Of a stretch of 25,057 nt of DNA, positions 8,424 through 16,747 are shown in pieces. A program made the translations under genes and the position numbers. Positions within the stretch are counted from its first letter, which is position 1. Each line of letters starts with the position of its first letter. The stretch is from a virus (Duplodnaviria; Caudoviricetes). A model generated the notes under the pieces. The model was not told where the DNA came from, did no database searches, and saw nothing but the letters and a program-made list of their open reading frames with translations. Where the stretch lies: the IMG/VR virus record IMGVR_UViG_3300044709_000135, positions 1-25,057 of that record. One strand, given 5' to 3'.

Positions 8424-8864
8424 GTGGTTCCGTTTCTCCTGACGCCGCGCGAACACCACAACGTCAGCTCGCTCGAGGAGTACCGCGAGCGGCAGGCCGC
8501 CACCATCGCGGAGCGGCGCCGCCGCGGTGCGCGGTACGAGCTCCACGACGTCGAGACGCCGATCGAGGCGCGCGTCGACGCCGGCACGTGGCTGGTCGAC
8601 TGCGAATGCGGCGCCGGCAATGCCACGGATCCCGCCTGGGGTGTCGCGTGCTGTTTCGGCTGCGGCGCGATTCACACGACCGTCGTGTTCCCGGCACCGC
8701 GTACGTGTGAGGCCATCGAGCGGCTGCTCGTGGCGCGGCCCAAGCCGATCGATCGGGCCTGGCGGCCGGGCGAATCGCTCGTCGATTTGATGCGCGAGAA
8801 CCGCGACCACGGCTTCGACATCCCGGTGAGTGTCGAGCCGTGCGTGCATGGCGGTGACGCGTGA
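8424..8864 (+). CDS. Cys-rich (putative zinc-binding) tail-region protein
   Basis: W.VDCECG...CCFGCG; GTGA overlap with the next gene. Confidence 0.7.
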   Translation: MVPFLLTPREHHNVSSLEEYRERQAATIAERRRRGARYELHDVETPIEARVDAGTWLVDCECGAGNATDPAWGVACCFGCGAIHTTVVFPAPRTCEAIERLLVARPKPIDRAWRPGESLVDLMRENRDHGFDIPVSVEPCVHGGDA

Positions 8865-9358
8865 GCTTCACCGCCTATGCGACGGCTGTCGCCGGCTCGA
8901 TTTTGACCGCCGCGTTTTGGAATCAGCAGGTTCGCGACAACGGCAACGTGCTGAAGACATCGATCGCTGACGATGGCACGCTCGCGTCGACGGGCGGCAT
9001 CCTCACGACACCCGAGCTCAAGGCGTACAAGGAAACGAAAACGGGGCCGTCGATCTCCAGCGGCACGCTGACGCTCGATTACTCGACCGGCAACAACTTC
9101 GGCGGCGTCACCCTGAATCAGAACATCACGACCTACAGCGTGACGAATCCTCCGGCGAGCGGCAAGGCCGGGTTCTACACGGTCGTGTTCATCGGCGATG
9201 GCACGCAACGGACGATCACGTGGCCGGGATCGCACAGGTTTCCCGGTGGTGTGGCGCCGACGCCGACGGCCACGAACAGCAAGCTCGACGTGTATTCGTT
9301 CCAGACGTACGACGGCGGCGGAAATTGGCTGTGCGTTGGAATCGCGCAGAACCTCTGA
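8861..9358 (+). CDS. Short tail fibre / minor tail protein
   Basis: N-terminal TAVAGSILTAAFWNQQVRDN anchor motif and C-terminal TWP...FPGGVAPT.T....DVYSF.TYDGG.NW beta domain. Confidence 0.75.
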   Translation: MSFTAYATAVAGSILTAAFWNQQVRDNGNVLKTSIADDGTLASTGGILTTPELKAYKETKTGPSISSGTLTLDYSTGNNFGGVTLNQNITTYSVTNPPASGKAGFYTVVFIGDGTQRTITWPGSHRFPGGVAPTPTATNSKLDVYSFQTYDGGGNWLCVGIAQNL

Positions 9359-10224
9359 TGGGGATCCACGGGCGGATGAGCGGGCCGTTGCTGAGTTACT
9401 CGGGGCCGTCGAGTGGGCTGATCAACCTCGCTTCGACCGCGAAGGGCTCGGCATTCCTTGGCATGGCTGCCGGTACATGGACCATCACGGTCACCGGGAG
9501 GGTCACGCTCTCCGTTGATGCCGCGGCGGGCGGCGGCGGTGGTGGCGGCGATACGACTGGCAGTTTAGCCGGGTGCGGTGGCGGCGCCGGTGGTGGCGTG
9601 TCGAAGCTGACGCCGATCGCGATGGTGCCCGGCAAGACGTACACGTTCACGGTTGGCGCAGCTGGGACCGGGACGACCGCGACCGGCAATGCCGGCGGCA
9701 ACACGACGGTGTCCGACGGCACGACGACGTTCATCTCGCTCGGCGGCGGCGGCGGCGGCACGGGGCCGGGCGGCGCGCAGTCAACGGGCGGCGCCGCGAC
9801 GACCGGGAGCAATCTCGTCGCAGGCGGCAATGGCAACAGCGGCGGGGGCGGGGGCGCGAGTGGCAACGCCGGCCTCTGTAACAACAACGGCGCAGGCGGC
9901 GGCGGTGGCGGCTCCGGCACTGGTGCGCCGGGCACGCAGGTCGGCGGCCAAGGCGGACCGACCGTGACGGCCGGCACGACTCCAGCGGGCGCAGCTGGAG
10001 GCGCCGTCGGCGCGAACGGCGGCACCGGCACCGGCGGGGCGACCGGCGGTGGCCAGAACGGCCAGGGCGGCGGCGGTGGTGGTGCGTCAGGCTCGCTGCT
10101 CTCGGACGGTGGCTACTACGGCGGCGGCGGCGGCGGCGCAGGCGGACAGGACGGCTTCGGCAACGTGACCGGCGGCAATGGCGCGCCGGGCGCGTGCGTG
10201 CTGACCTTGACGAGCATTCCGTAA
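9358..10224 (+). CDS. Glycine-rich tail fibre-like protein (288 aa)
   Basis: The likely start is ATG 9358 (TGATG overlap). Many poly-Gly runs (GGGGGGA), ending GGNGAPG.C..T. Confidence 0.8.
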   Translation: MGIHGRMSGPLLSYSGPSSGLINLASTAKGSAFLGMAAGTWTITVTGRVTLSVDAAAGGGGGGGDTTGSLAGCGGGAGGGVSKLTPIAMVPGKTYTFTVGAAGTGTTATGNAGGNTTVSDGTTTFISLGGGGGGTGPGGAQSTGGAATTGSNLVAGGNGNSGGGGGASGNAGLCNNNGAGGGGGGSGTGAPGTQVGGQGGPTVTAGTTPAGAAGGAVGANGGTGTGGATGGGQNGQGGGGGGASGSLLSDGGYYGGGGGGAGGQDGFGNVTGGNGAPGACVLTLTSIP

Positions 10225-10252
10225 CGACGACAACGACAACAAGGGGGCGGCG

Positions 10253-10543
10253 ATGGCGGTGGGACTGAATGTAACCAAGCAAGACGTCGACATCGTGGCG
10301 GGATCGATCGCGAAGGACTTGAACATGACCTTCGGGCGCATCACGTCATTCAAGGCGTGGCTCGACTCGAAGACCGACGCCGAGCTGATCACGCTCGGGT
10401 ACGTGCAGGCCGACGTCGACGCCCTGCGATCCGCGTACGGCGACGCGAATCAGCTCGCGACGATTTTCAACGGCACCGCGACGCTGGGGGTCGCGAAGGA
10501 TTTCCGCACGTTCCTGAAGCGTGTGTGGGGGCTCGGGTCCTGA
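10253..10543 (+). CDS. Hypothetical phage protein (possible fibre chaperone)
   Basis: Natural amino acid composition, AAGGGGG RBS, located after the fibre genes. Confidence 0.7.
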   Translation: MAVGLNVTKQDVDIVAGSIAKDLNMTFGRITSFKAWLDSKTDAELITLGYVQADVDALRSAYGDANQLATIFNGTATLGVAKDFRTFLKRVWGLGS

Positions 10544-10561
10544 TCCCGGGAGGACACGACG

Positions 10562-10918
10562 ATGGGCGAACTCACACACGACGATCTGCGCGCGGCCACC
10601 GCCGACATCAAGGCGTACGTGCGGGATCGATTCGACGGAATCGACGGGCGACTCGATCGACTGAACGGCTCGGTGTCGCGGCACGAGCGCGAGCTCGGCG
10701 AGAACTCCCAATCCATTCGCAATCTCGAGAAGGAAGTCTTCGATCGCCAGCCACGCAGCGCGGTCCCTGAGGATCAACAGCCTGTCGTGAGTCGCGGCGA
10801 TATCAAGAAAGTGGTGGGCGCGATAACGTTGATGGGCGCGGCGGCCGAAGTCTTCCACCAGCTCGGATCGTGGCTCTGGTCGGTCCTGCCCGTGCTGATG
10901 CGTGCCGGAGCGAAGTGA
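10562..10918 (+). CDS. Coiled-coil plus C-terminal hydrophobic protein (holin/hemolysin XhlA-like, tentative)
   Basis: GGGAGG RBS, heptad region (LDRLNGSVSRHERELGE) and a hydrophobic C-terminus. Confidence 0.55.
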   Translation: MGELTHDDLRAATADIKAYVRDRFDGIDGRLDRLNGSVSRHERELGENSQSIRNLEKEVFDRQPRSAVPEDQQPVVSRGDIKKVVGAITLMGAAAEVFHQLGSWLWSVLPVLMRAGAK

Positions 10919-11301
10919 AGGTCGTCGGCCCGTGCCTCGTCTTCGTGGTGTACGTGCTGCTGACGCTCCTGCATCTCGCGGCCGCGGCGCCGCGTGTGCG
11001 ACTCGACGTGATGCCGCTCCGCACGATCGGACCGATTGATGCCTGGCATGTGCGCGCCTGGGTCGAGCGCGACGATCTGAATCGAACGCTCCGCGTGGAA
11101 GCGCATGCCGACAGCTACGACCGCGCGACCGAGCTCCCGCTGAACGGCAGCTTCGCGCCGCGTGTCCTGGACGTCTGGTGGACCGGCCGCGTGCCGTGCG
11201 GCGAATACGTTGTGGCTGCCAGCATCCTCGGACCGAGCCGGCAGCTGCTCCGGCAGACGCGCACGCGTGCGGAGATTTGCGTTGTCGCGGAGGGGCCTTG
11301 A
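10915..11301 (+). CDS. Putative exported beta-rich protein
   Basis: GTG 10915 overlaps the upstream stop (GTGA). Signal-like N-terminus CLVFVVYVLLTLLHLAAAA. Confidence 0.65.
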   Translation: MKVVGPCLVFVVYVLLTLLHLAAAAPRVRLDVMPLRTIGPIDAWHVRAWVERDDLNRTLRVEAHADSYDRATELPLNGSFAPRVLDVWWTGRVPCGEYVVAASILGPSRQLLRQTRTRAEICVVAEGP

Positions 11302-11331
11302 CGGATCGGCGGAAACGCCCTCCCGCCCGAC

Positions 11332-11706
11332 CTACGCGCGATCGGTTTGAACCTGCCTGATGTTCGAGGTATCGACGATCCTCAGCGCGTGCCACAGATC
11401 GTAGTCGACCTGCAGCGACAGCCACAGCCGCGGATCCGTTCCGCTCAACGCGCCGAAGAGTACGGCGGTTTCGGCGGTCACGCTTCGCTTGCCGGCGACG
11501 ATCTCGTTGAGGCGATTCGTCGACATGCCCATCCGGCGCGCGGCCTCTGCCTGGCTGATGCCGGAGGGCTTGCGGTATTCCTCCTCGAACATCTCGCCGG
11601 GATGCGTCGGTGGTCGACGCATCCGCGCGAGATCCGCGCCGTCGTCCTGCGGCCGCGGCCGCTCAGCTCGTTTTGCGGCCGTGGTAGTTGTCGATCTCGA
11701 CGGCAT
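11332..11706 (-). CDS. higA: HigA-family antitoxin (Xre HTH)
   Basis: PTHPGEM...SQAEAARRMGMSTNRLNEIVAGKRSVTAETA...WLSLQVDYDLW. The true start may be the later MRRPPTHPGE. Confidence 0.95.
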   Translation of the reverse strand: MPSRSTTTTAAKRAERPRPQDDGADLARMRRPPTHPGEMFEEEYRKPSGISQAEAARRMGMSTNRLNEIVAGKRSVTAETAVLFGALSGTDPRLWLSLQVDYDLWHALRIVDTSNIRQVQTDRA

Positions 11707-11971
11707 ATGCGTCTCCGTCCGTGAACTGGAAGATCAACCGATAGCGGTCGTTGATCCGCATGCTGCTGAAGCCGGGCCGGTCGTATTTCAGCGGCTCGAA
11801 TCGCGAGCCGGGTAGCGCGCTCAGATCCTGCGTGGTCTTCGCGTTGTGCAGCAGCGTCATCTTGCGCTGCGCGGGTTTCCAGACGTCCTTCGGAATGCGG
11901 CGAGCGGCTTTCGTATTTAGGCCGTGGTAGATGTCCGAGGTCGTGTCGTTCGCGAAACTCTTGATGGCCAT
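11663..11971 (-). CDS. higB: HigB / RelE-family toxin (plasmid maintenance killer type)
   Basis: IKSF....T..IY...DL...PGSRFEPLK.DRPG..SMRINDRYRLIF.F..GDAY.VEIDNYH, in toxin-first gene order. Confidence 0.95.
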   Translation of the reverse strand: MAIKSFANDTTSDIYHGLNTKAARRIPKDVWKPAQRKMTLLHNAKTTQDLSALPGSRFEPLKYDRPGFSSMRINDRYRLIFQFTDGDAYAVEIDNYHGRKTS

Positions 11972-12022
11972 CTTCTCTCTCCCTTGCGGGCGGCGTGATT
12001 GCCAACCGATTTAATTGAGACA

Positions 12023-12051
12023 AGTATACACGGATACCGTGTATGTGTCAA
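12023..12051 (-). promoter_or_regulatory. Sigma70 promoter with palindromic operator upstream of higBA
   Basis: Minus strand TTGACA-17 nt-TATACT, containing the ATACACGG-TAT-CCGTGTAT inverted repeat. Confidence 0.85.
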
Positions 12052-12422
12052 CCCTCCCGTTCTGGATCTTCGAAATACCAAGTATCAACGGATGGCCTCG
12101 AGATCCGGCCGAGCGGCCGTTGGCTCGCATCGAAGAACACCAACTCCGAGGCGTCCTCCGTCGCATAAGCCGCCTCAGGGATCCGCACGGTCTTCCCGCC
12201 GTGAAAATGCACGACGGCGGCGCGCCTGGCCGGCGGCTGTTCGGTCACCGTCCGGCCCTCCGCGGCGATCGGCGGCGTGCCACCTGGCGTCACGCGGCCG
12301 ACGGCGAAGTCCTCGAGCAGCTGCAGCATCAACGCGCGGAGCGGCCAACCGTCCCGCTCCGCGCGGGTTTTGACGCGTTTCCAGAGGCCTTCTGGTATGT
12401 CGCGCAGGATGTATTGCGGCAT
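12048..12422 (-). CDS. Ribbon-helix-helix (Arc/FitA-like) regulator with a C-terminal domain
   Basis: MPQYILRDIPEGLWKRVKTRAERDGWPLRALMLQLLEDF fits a beta-strand plus two helices. Confidence 0.8.
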   Translation of the reverse strand: MPQYILRDIPEGLWKRVKTRAERDGWPLRALMLQLLEDFAVGRVTPGGTPPIAAEGRTVTEQPPARRAAVVHFHGGKTVRIPEAAYATEDASELVFFDASQRPLGRISRPSVDTWYFEDPEREG

Positions 12423-12428
12423 GAGCAG

Positions 12429-12887
12429 CTATTCAACCTTTCCGGTTTGCAGTCGATCGATCGCGATCGCCAGCAGGGCGCGACGCCGGGTAACCGGCAG
12501 GCGGTGCAGCTTCGCGCGCAACTCGCGAATCGTCATGTTGTCGATCGCCTCGGTGGTTTCCTTCTTCGCCACGCGCCAGGCCTCCGCAGCCGTCTCGTTC
12601 GCGCGATGTTCGGCGACGATGCCGCGGCGCTTCGCCTCGTCCGGCTCGAGCTCGACGAACTTCGGGTCCGGGACGACGGACACGGAATCGTCCGCCTTGT
12701 GCTGCACGAGCAGCCGATACTTCGCCGCGACGATCGGCGCTTTGAATTTCGTGAACACCTTCGTCTTGCCGCCGGCGTCGAGCCAATGGTGCTCAACGTC
12801 CCCGTCTTGCGCGCGCACGCCGATGTACGTCCAGATTTCCTCGACATGCTCCGCGTTGTTGTTGGCGGCCGTCGGTGTATCGGTCAT
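12429..12887 (-). CDS. Hypothetical protein
   Basis: AGGGAGG RBS; tightly packed between the ardC-like gene and the RHH gene. Confidence 0.75.
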   Translation of the reverse strand: MTDTPTAANNNAEHVEEIWTYIGVRAQDGDVEHHWLDAGGKTKVFTKFKAPIVAAKYRLLVQHKADDSVSVVPDPKFVELEPDEAKRRGIVAEHRANETAAEAWRVAKKETTEAIDNMTIRELRAKLHRLPVTRRRALLAIAIDRLQTGKVE

Positions 12888-12908
12888 GAGTGCCTCCCTG
12901 CTCGCCGG

Positions 12909-13739
12909 TTACGCGGCGAGTAGGTCGGCGTCGACGGCGTCGTCGACGACGCGGCCGGCACGAAGGATCGTGTCGGCCGCCTTGAAAATCTTCTGCGCGC
13001 TCCGCTCGGCGATCGGCGCGTGGCCGTTCCGCGCGTTCCAGTGCTGGATGTAGCCGCGGCAGTGCTCCGCGCCGGCGAGACCGAGCGCCTCGAGGCAGAC
13101 CAGCGCGACCGCCTCAGCCTCGACTTCGCGGATACTGCGCGGCGTGTGCTCGCCGTCGGTCATCTCGTGCTCAGTGGTGTGGCCAAGCACGACGTGCGCG
13201 AGCTCGTGAAACCGCGTCTTGTGCGGGAGCTCGGCGATCGGTGAGACCGCGATCGAACGCTGACGCGCGTAGCCCTGGCAGTTGCCATCCGTCATCGTGA
13301 ACGGTTCCTCCGTGACGCCGAGCGCCGTGAGCGCGATCGACGTGTCCCAGCCCGCGATCGCCGGCGTCGTGAACGTGGCGCCGTCGGTCTGACTCAACAC
13401 GAACCAATGCGGCCGGTAGATGAACCGCGTGAACGCCTGCGGCTGTTCGTCAGGCTCCGGCGCGTCGTCGGTCGACCGGCGCTTGCAGGTGACCGGCATG
13501 CACAGCACGATCGCCTTCTCGCCCTTGCGCACGGAGCGGCCGAGGGCCTTCCAGTGCAGGAAGGTCGCGATGGGTCCCGGCTCGATGCCCCGGGCGAAGC
13601 ACTGCACGAGCGCGAGCAGCTGGTTACCGATGCTGTAGCCGTGGAACAACGAGTACGCGCGGGAGATCAAGCCAGGTTCCGAAACCGCTTTCTCGAGGAG
13701 GGTGGCGAAATCGAAGGTCGTCGGATTCGTCTGGGCCAT
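12909..13739 (-). CDS. ardC: ArdC-like protein (ssDNA-binding N-domain plus zincin metallopeptidase-like domain)
   Basis: YSIGNQLL, ATFLHWKALGRSVRKGEKAI, FVLSQTDG, HELAH (HExxH) and REVEAEAVA...YIQHW motifs. Confidence 0.85.
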   Translation of the reverse strand: MAQTNPTTFDFATLLEKAVSEPGLISRAYSLFHGYSIGNQLLALVQCFARGIEPGPIATFLHWKALGRSVRKGEKAIVLCMPVTCKRRSTDDAPEPDEQPQAFTRFIYRPHWFVLSQTDGATFTTPAIAGWDTSIALTALGVTEEPFTMTDGNCQGYARQRSIAVSPIAELPHKTRFHELAHVVLGHTTEHEMTDGEHTPRSIREVEAEAVALVCLEALGLAGAEHCRGYIQHWNARNGHAPIAERSAQKIFKAADTILRAGRVVDDAVDADLLAA

Positions 13740-13786
13740 CTGCTCTCAGCTCCTGAATGAGCCGGCGTGATTGCCGAACCAAGAGC

Positions 13787-13815
13787 AGTATACACGGATG
13801 CCGTGTATGTGTCAA
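13787..13815 (-). promoter_or_regulatory. Sigma70 promoter with palindromic operator upstream of the ardC-like gene
   Basis: TTGACA-17-TATACT, 28/29 identical to 12023-12051. Confidence 0.85.
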
Positions 13816-13901
13816 GGGACCGATAGTATTTGGGGCGCTGATCCTTCGGTTATCCTCGAACAGACCGCGGCGCGTCCTGTTCGAAACTAAGCGAAAGCGA
13901 A

Positions 13902-14645
13902 TCAATTAGTTACCGATTTTAGGCGCGACAAGCGCATTCTGGCGGCATCGCGCGTCACACGCCATCGTGATGCACACGCGCGCTCCGACCAGTTCAGCTC
14001 CTCAGCATCTTGGCGCCATTGAGAGCGCTCGTCGACGAGTTTAGGTGCCGTCTGCGCGAGCTTTCTTAGCGCCTCAATCGCGGCGAGTAGTTCTTCGCGC
14101 GTGAATCCCTCCGCGGCGGCTACGACTTGAGCAACGCGATCGCGCCATCCGTCGCCAAGTTTACGAAGGCGTTTGATCCGTGCCTGTCGTTCATGCTCTT
14201 CGCGACTCACACCCGTACGGGCGCGCACGATTGCACGCGCACCGACAGGATATTTCGTCTCGGTCCAAGCGTACCGTTCCCAGTACATCGTCAGACTCTG
14301 CGCGGCATGGGGATGCGCTGACGCGACTTCTAGAATCGATCGCCGATACCGCGATTCGCCGGTCCGACTCCTATCCATAGCGCTCGCGATTTCTGTTCGC
14401 TCCTCGGGTGTCAGATAAAATCGCGCGACGTCACGCGCATTGACGGTCTGCAGCGCGAGGAAGTAATCGAACTCGCCAGGATAAAAGTGATACGGCCCGG
14501 TAGCATCGCTGTAGTCACGCCAATCTTTCGAGCGCAACATGTCGACCGTAGCGCGCGTCAGGTCGCCAAGCCGTCCCATGTTCGGCACGTCGCGCGAGAA
14601 CTTGAGCACGTTCTCGCCATGTGTCCTCAGCGCCTTAGAGTTCAT
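13902..14645 (-). CDS. Hypothetical protein (247 aa) with a possible C-terminal HTH; partner of the HNH-helicase
   Basis: The likely start MNSKALR (ATG 14645) overlaps the helicase stop (ATGA). C-terminus WSERACASRWRVTRDAARMRLSRL. Confidence 0.7.
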   Translation of the reverse strand: MNSKALRTHGENVLKFSRDVPNMGRLGDLTRATVDMLRSKDWRDYSDATGPYHFYPGEFDYFLALQTVNARDVARFYLTPEERTEIASAMDRSRTGESRYRRSILEVASAHPHAAQSLTMYWERYAWTETKYPVGARAIVRARTGVSREEHERQARIKRLRKLGDGWRDRVAQVVAAAEGFTREELLAAIEALRKLAQTAPKLVDERSQWRQDAEELNWSERACASRWRVTRDAARMRLSRLKSVTN

Positions 14646-16747
14646 CGATCGCCGTCCTCCGTATGAACCCACTTTGGCAGCGCCGTGCCTGTTTGTTCGC
14701 AGTGCCGACGGATGCGCCACATCGCGGCGGCACACGCCTGTTTGAGTTGCTCGGGAGTCGCAGTGTCTAGTTTCCGAATGCCCGCCTGCCGATAGACCTC
14801 GACTCTAAAATGCTTCACCTGATCGCGCCCCTGCACTCCCGCAACCCATCTGGCCGCGTGGTCCAGCCGTTTGCGATAGACGTCGTGATGTTCCCGCGTA
14901 GTCAATCCGCGGCTCACCGGTTCAGGGCGTCTTGACACCGCGGCCGCTCCCAGTTGAACCGGCGGCTCGAAGGGCCGCGCCTGGTTGAAGTTCTCGATCA
15001 CTGCTTGGACACGTGGCCAGATTGATTCCGGCAGGTTCTGGGCTCGCAGCGCCGGCGCAAGCGTTTCTCCGATCGCGGGATCAGCATCGAATGTCCCGGT
15101 TGTACTAACGGCCGACACCACGTCGAGCTGGGCGTCAGCAACTCCGACAAGTTCTTTATCATGCCAGCCTGGCACCGATGTGCCGCGCGCCTGATCTTCC
15201 GGAGATATGGTCGACGATGCCGGCACTTCGATTTCGTGGACCATCGGCGCGAGGATTCCGACGAACTGTTCGACGAGCTCCTTCACGTCCGGCAGAATGA
15301 TTGCCGTCGTCAATGGGTGGCCGATCGCCTCACGCTCCCAAGGTGTGACACGTTGTGCACGCGCCACTACCTGCCGTATGTATTGCGCGGTCAGGACGTT
15401 CGTCGCGTACGTGACAACCGCGATCTCCGGACAGTCGTAGCCTTCGCCGGCCATTCCCACGGCGCATAGCACTCCGACGCGCTTTCTGAGTCGGAAGTTT
15501 TCCAACTTCCGATACGCGTCAGGGCCGTCAGCGGAAACGACGCATTCAGCCATCGGCAGGAGACCACGCGCGGACATTTGTCGATCGACCTCCTTCGCAA
15601 ACGTGCGGGCCATCTCTACTCGCTGCGTCACGATCAGCGCTTTAACAGGTCCGTTTCTGGTGTCTCGATGGCGGCGCTGGAGTTCATCAAGCGTCACCTT
15701 CACAAGTTCCTGAACCCATTCCTCTTTAAGATTCAGACCACGCAATACGACACGCGCATCATCGAGATCAGCGATCGCGCTCACAGTGATTTCAGCTTTT
15801 TTCAAATCGACGATGTCGACCGTGGCCCCTACACGGAAGAGATCGGGTGCGCGCAGTAAGCCTTCGCGGACCAACTGCTCGGGATGAATTTCGTAGTTCG
15901 TTCTCGCTTGAATGCGCGCCTCGCCGTGGTCGCCGACCACGTTGTCGTACTGAACCGTCGAAATCCGTTCGGTCGGCGAGGTCCGGAACAACGTTCCTGA
16001 AAGATTTAGGACGTGTGCGCTGAGTCCTGTCCGCTCGTCACCGACGAGCTCACGTATCGCCTTGGCCCACGCGGCTCCTCCATTGCTCTCGTCGTGCACA
16101 GGCTGTCCCAAATGGTGCACTTCGTCGAGGACGACGAGCGTCGCGGTGTTCAGTAACGCCGTACGATGTCCCTCGCGAACACGTGGCGAAAGAAGGGCTT
16201 GATAGGTATTACAAACGCCATCCATCTCCCTCAGTTCGAGTCCGCTCTGCCGCGCGGCAGCGTGTGTGTCAAGAGCGATATGGCACTCCGGCAGAAGCGC
16301 GCGCTGCCATTGTTTAACGAGGGGCACTCGAGGAACTAAAACGAGCAGCCGATTCCAAAGGCCCGCATCCTGTCCTCTGGCGAAGACTGCGCCGGCAAGC
16401 ACCGTTTTACCGGACCCAGGTGCCGCCATCACGGTCGCTAGCCGCTGCATAGTTAACGGCTCCAACACGCGGTCCAGCGCATCCCGTTGCCAGGCGCGAA
16501 GTGCCACGCGCGTGTCGAAAACGTCGCGGTTGCCGTTCTTCAGATTGCACGGCACGCACCACGCCTCGAGGTTTTCGATTACGGCAGGCCCGCCGTGGCT
16601 CGCCGCGCGCAAATGGGCAACATGGAAGTGATCCCATGTGATCGGCGCGCCGCAACTTTGGCGTTCGCAGATGCCGCGGCTTCGAGAAAAGAGTTGTCGT
16701 CGAAGGCCAGGCGAGATACGGCGCAGGTGACGTGATAACGCTGCCAT
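14642..16747 (-). CDS. HNH endonuclease - superfamily 2 (DExH) helicase fusion
   Basis: N-terminal C...C..HVAH....HGG....NL...CVPCN; then LRAWQ, APGSGKT, DEVH, SGT, GEGYDCP and QVVARAQR. AGGAGG precedes ATG 16747. Confidence 0.9.
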   Translation of the reverse strand: MAALSRHLRRISPGLRRQLFSRSRGICERQSCGAPITWDHFHVAHLRAASHGGPAVIENLEAWCVPCNLKNGNRDVFDTRVALRAWQRDALDRVLEPLTMQRLATVMAAPGSGKTVLAGAVFARGQDAGLWNRLLVLVPRVPLVKQWQRALLPECHIALDTHAAARQSGLELREMDGVCNTYQALLSPRVREGHRTALLNTATLVVLDEVHHLGQPVHDESNGGAAWAKAIRELVGDERTGLSAHVLNLSGTLFRTSPTERISTVQYDNVVGDHGEARIQARTNYEIHPEQLVREGLLRAPDLFRVGATVDIVDLKKAEITVSAIADLDDARVVLRGLNLKEEWVQELVKVTLDELQRRHRDTRNGPVKALIVTQRVEMARTFAKEVDRQMSARGLLPMAECVVSADGPDAYRKLENFRLRKRVGVLCAVGMAGEGYDCPEIAVVTYATNVLTAQYIRQVVARAQRVTPWEREAIGHPLTTAIILPDVKELVEQFVGILAPMVHEIEVPASSTISPEDQARGTSVPGWHDKELVGVADAQLDVVSAVSTTGTFDADPAIGETLAPALRAQNLPESIWPRVQAVIENFNQARPFEPPVQLGAAAVSRRPEPVSRGLTTREHHDVYRKRLDHAARWVAGVQGRDQVKHFRVEVYRQAGIRKLDTATPEQLKQACAAAMWRIRRHCEQTGTALPKWVHTEDGDR

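Noticed and set aside
6827-8626. 599-aa minus-strand ORF and similar long antisense ORFs (496..1134, 4841..5707, 10346..11425, 12015..12923, 18522..19439)
   Set aside because: These are Arg/Ala-rich shadow frames opposite well-supported genes, as expected in high-GC DNA.
9520-10190. GGC-rich tandem repeats as a repeat array or variable locus
   Set aside because: They are explained by poly-Gly codons of the fibre-like protein. The Pro-rich antisense ORF 9396..10031 is its mirror.
8861-10224. Diversity-generating retroelement or invertible tail-fibre cassette
   Set aside because: No reverse transcriptase, no TR/VR repeat pair and no invertase or inverted fibre copies were seen.
14642-16747. 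Type I/III restriction-modification system or phage replicative helicase
   Set aside because: There is no methyltransferase or specificity gene nearby. The gene is outside the replication module, and its composition suggests cargo.
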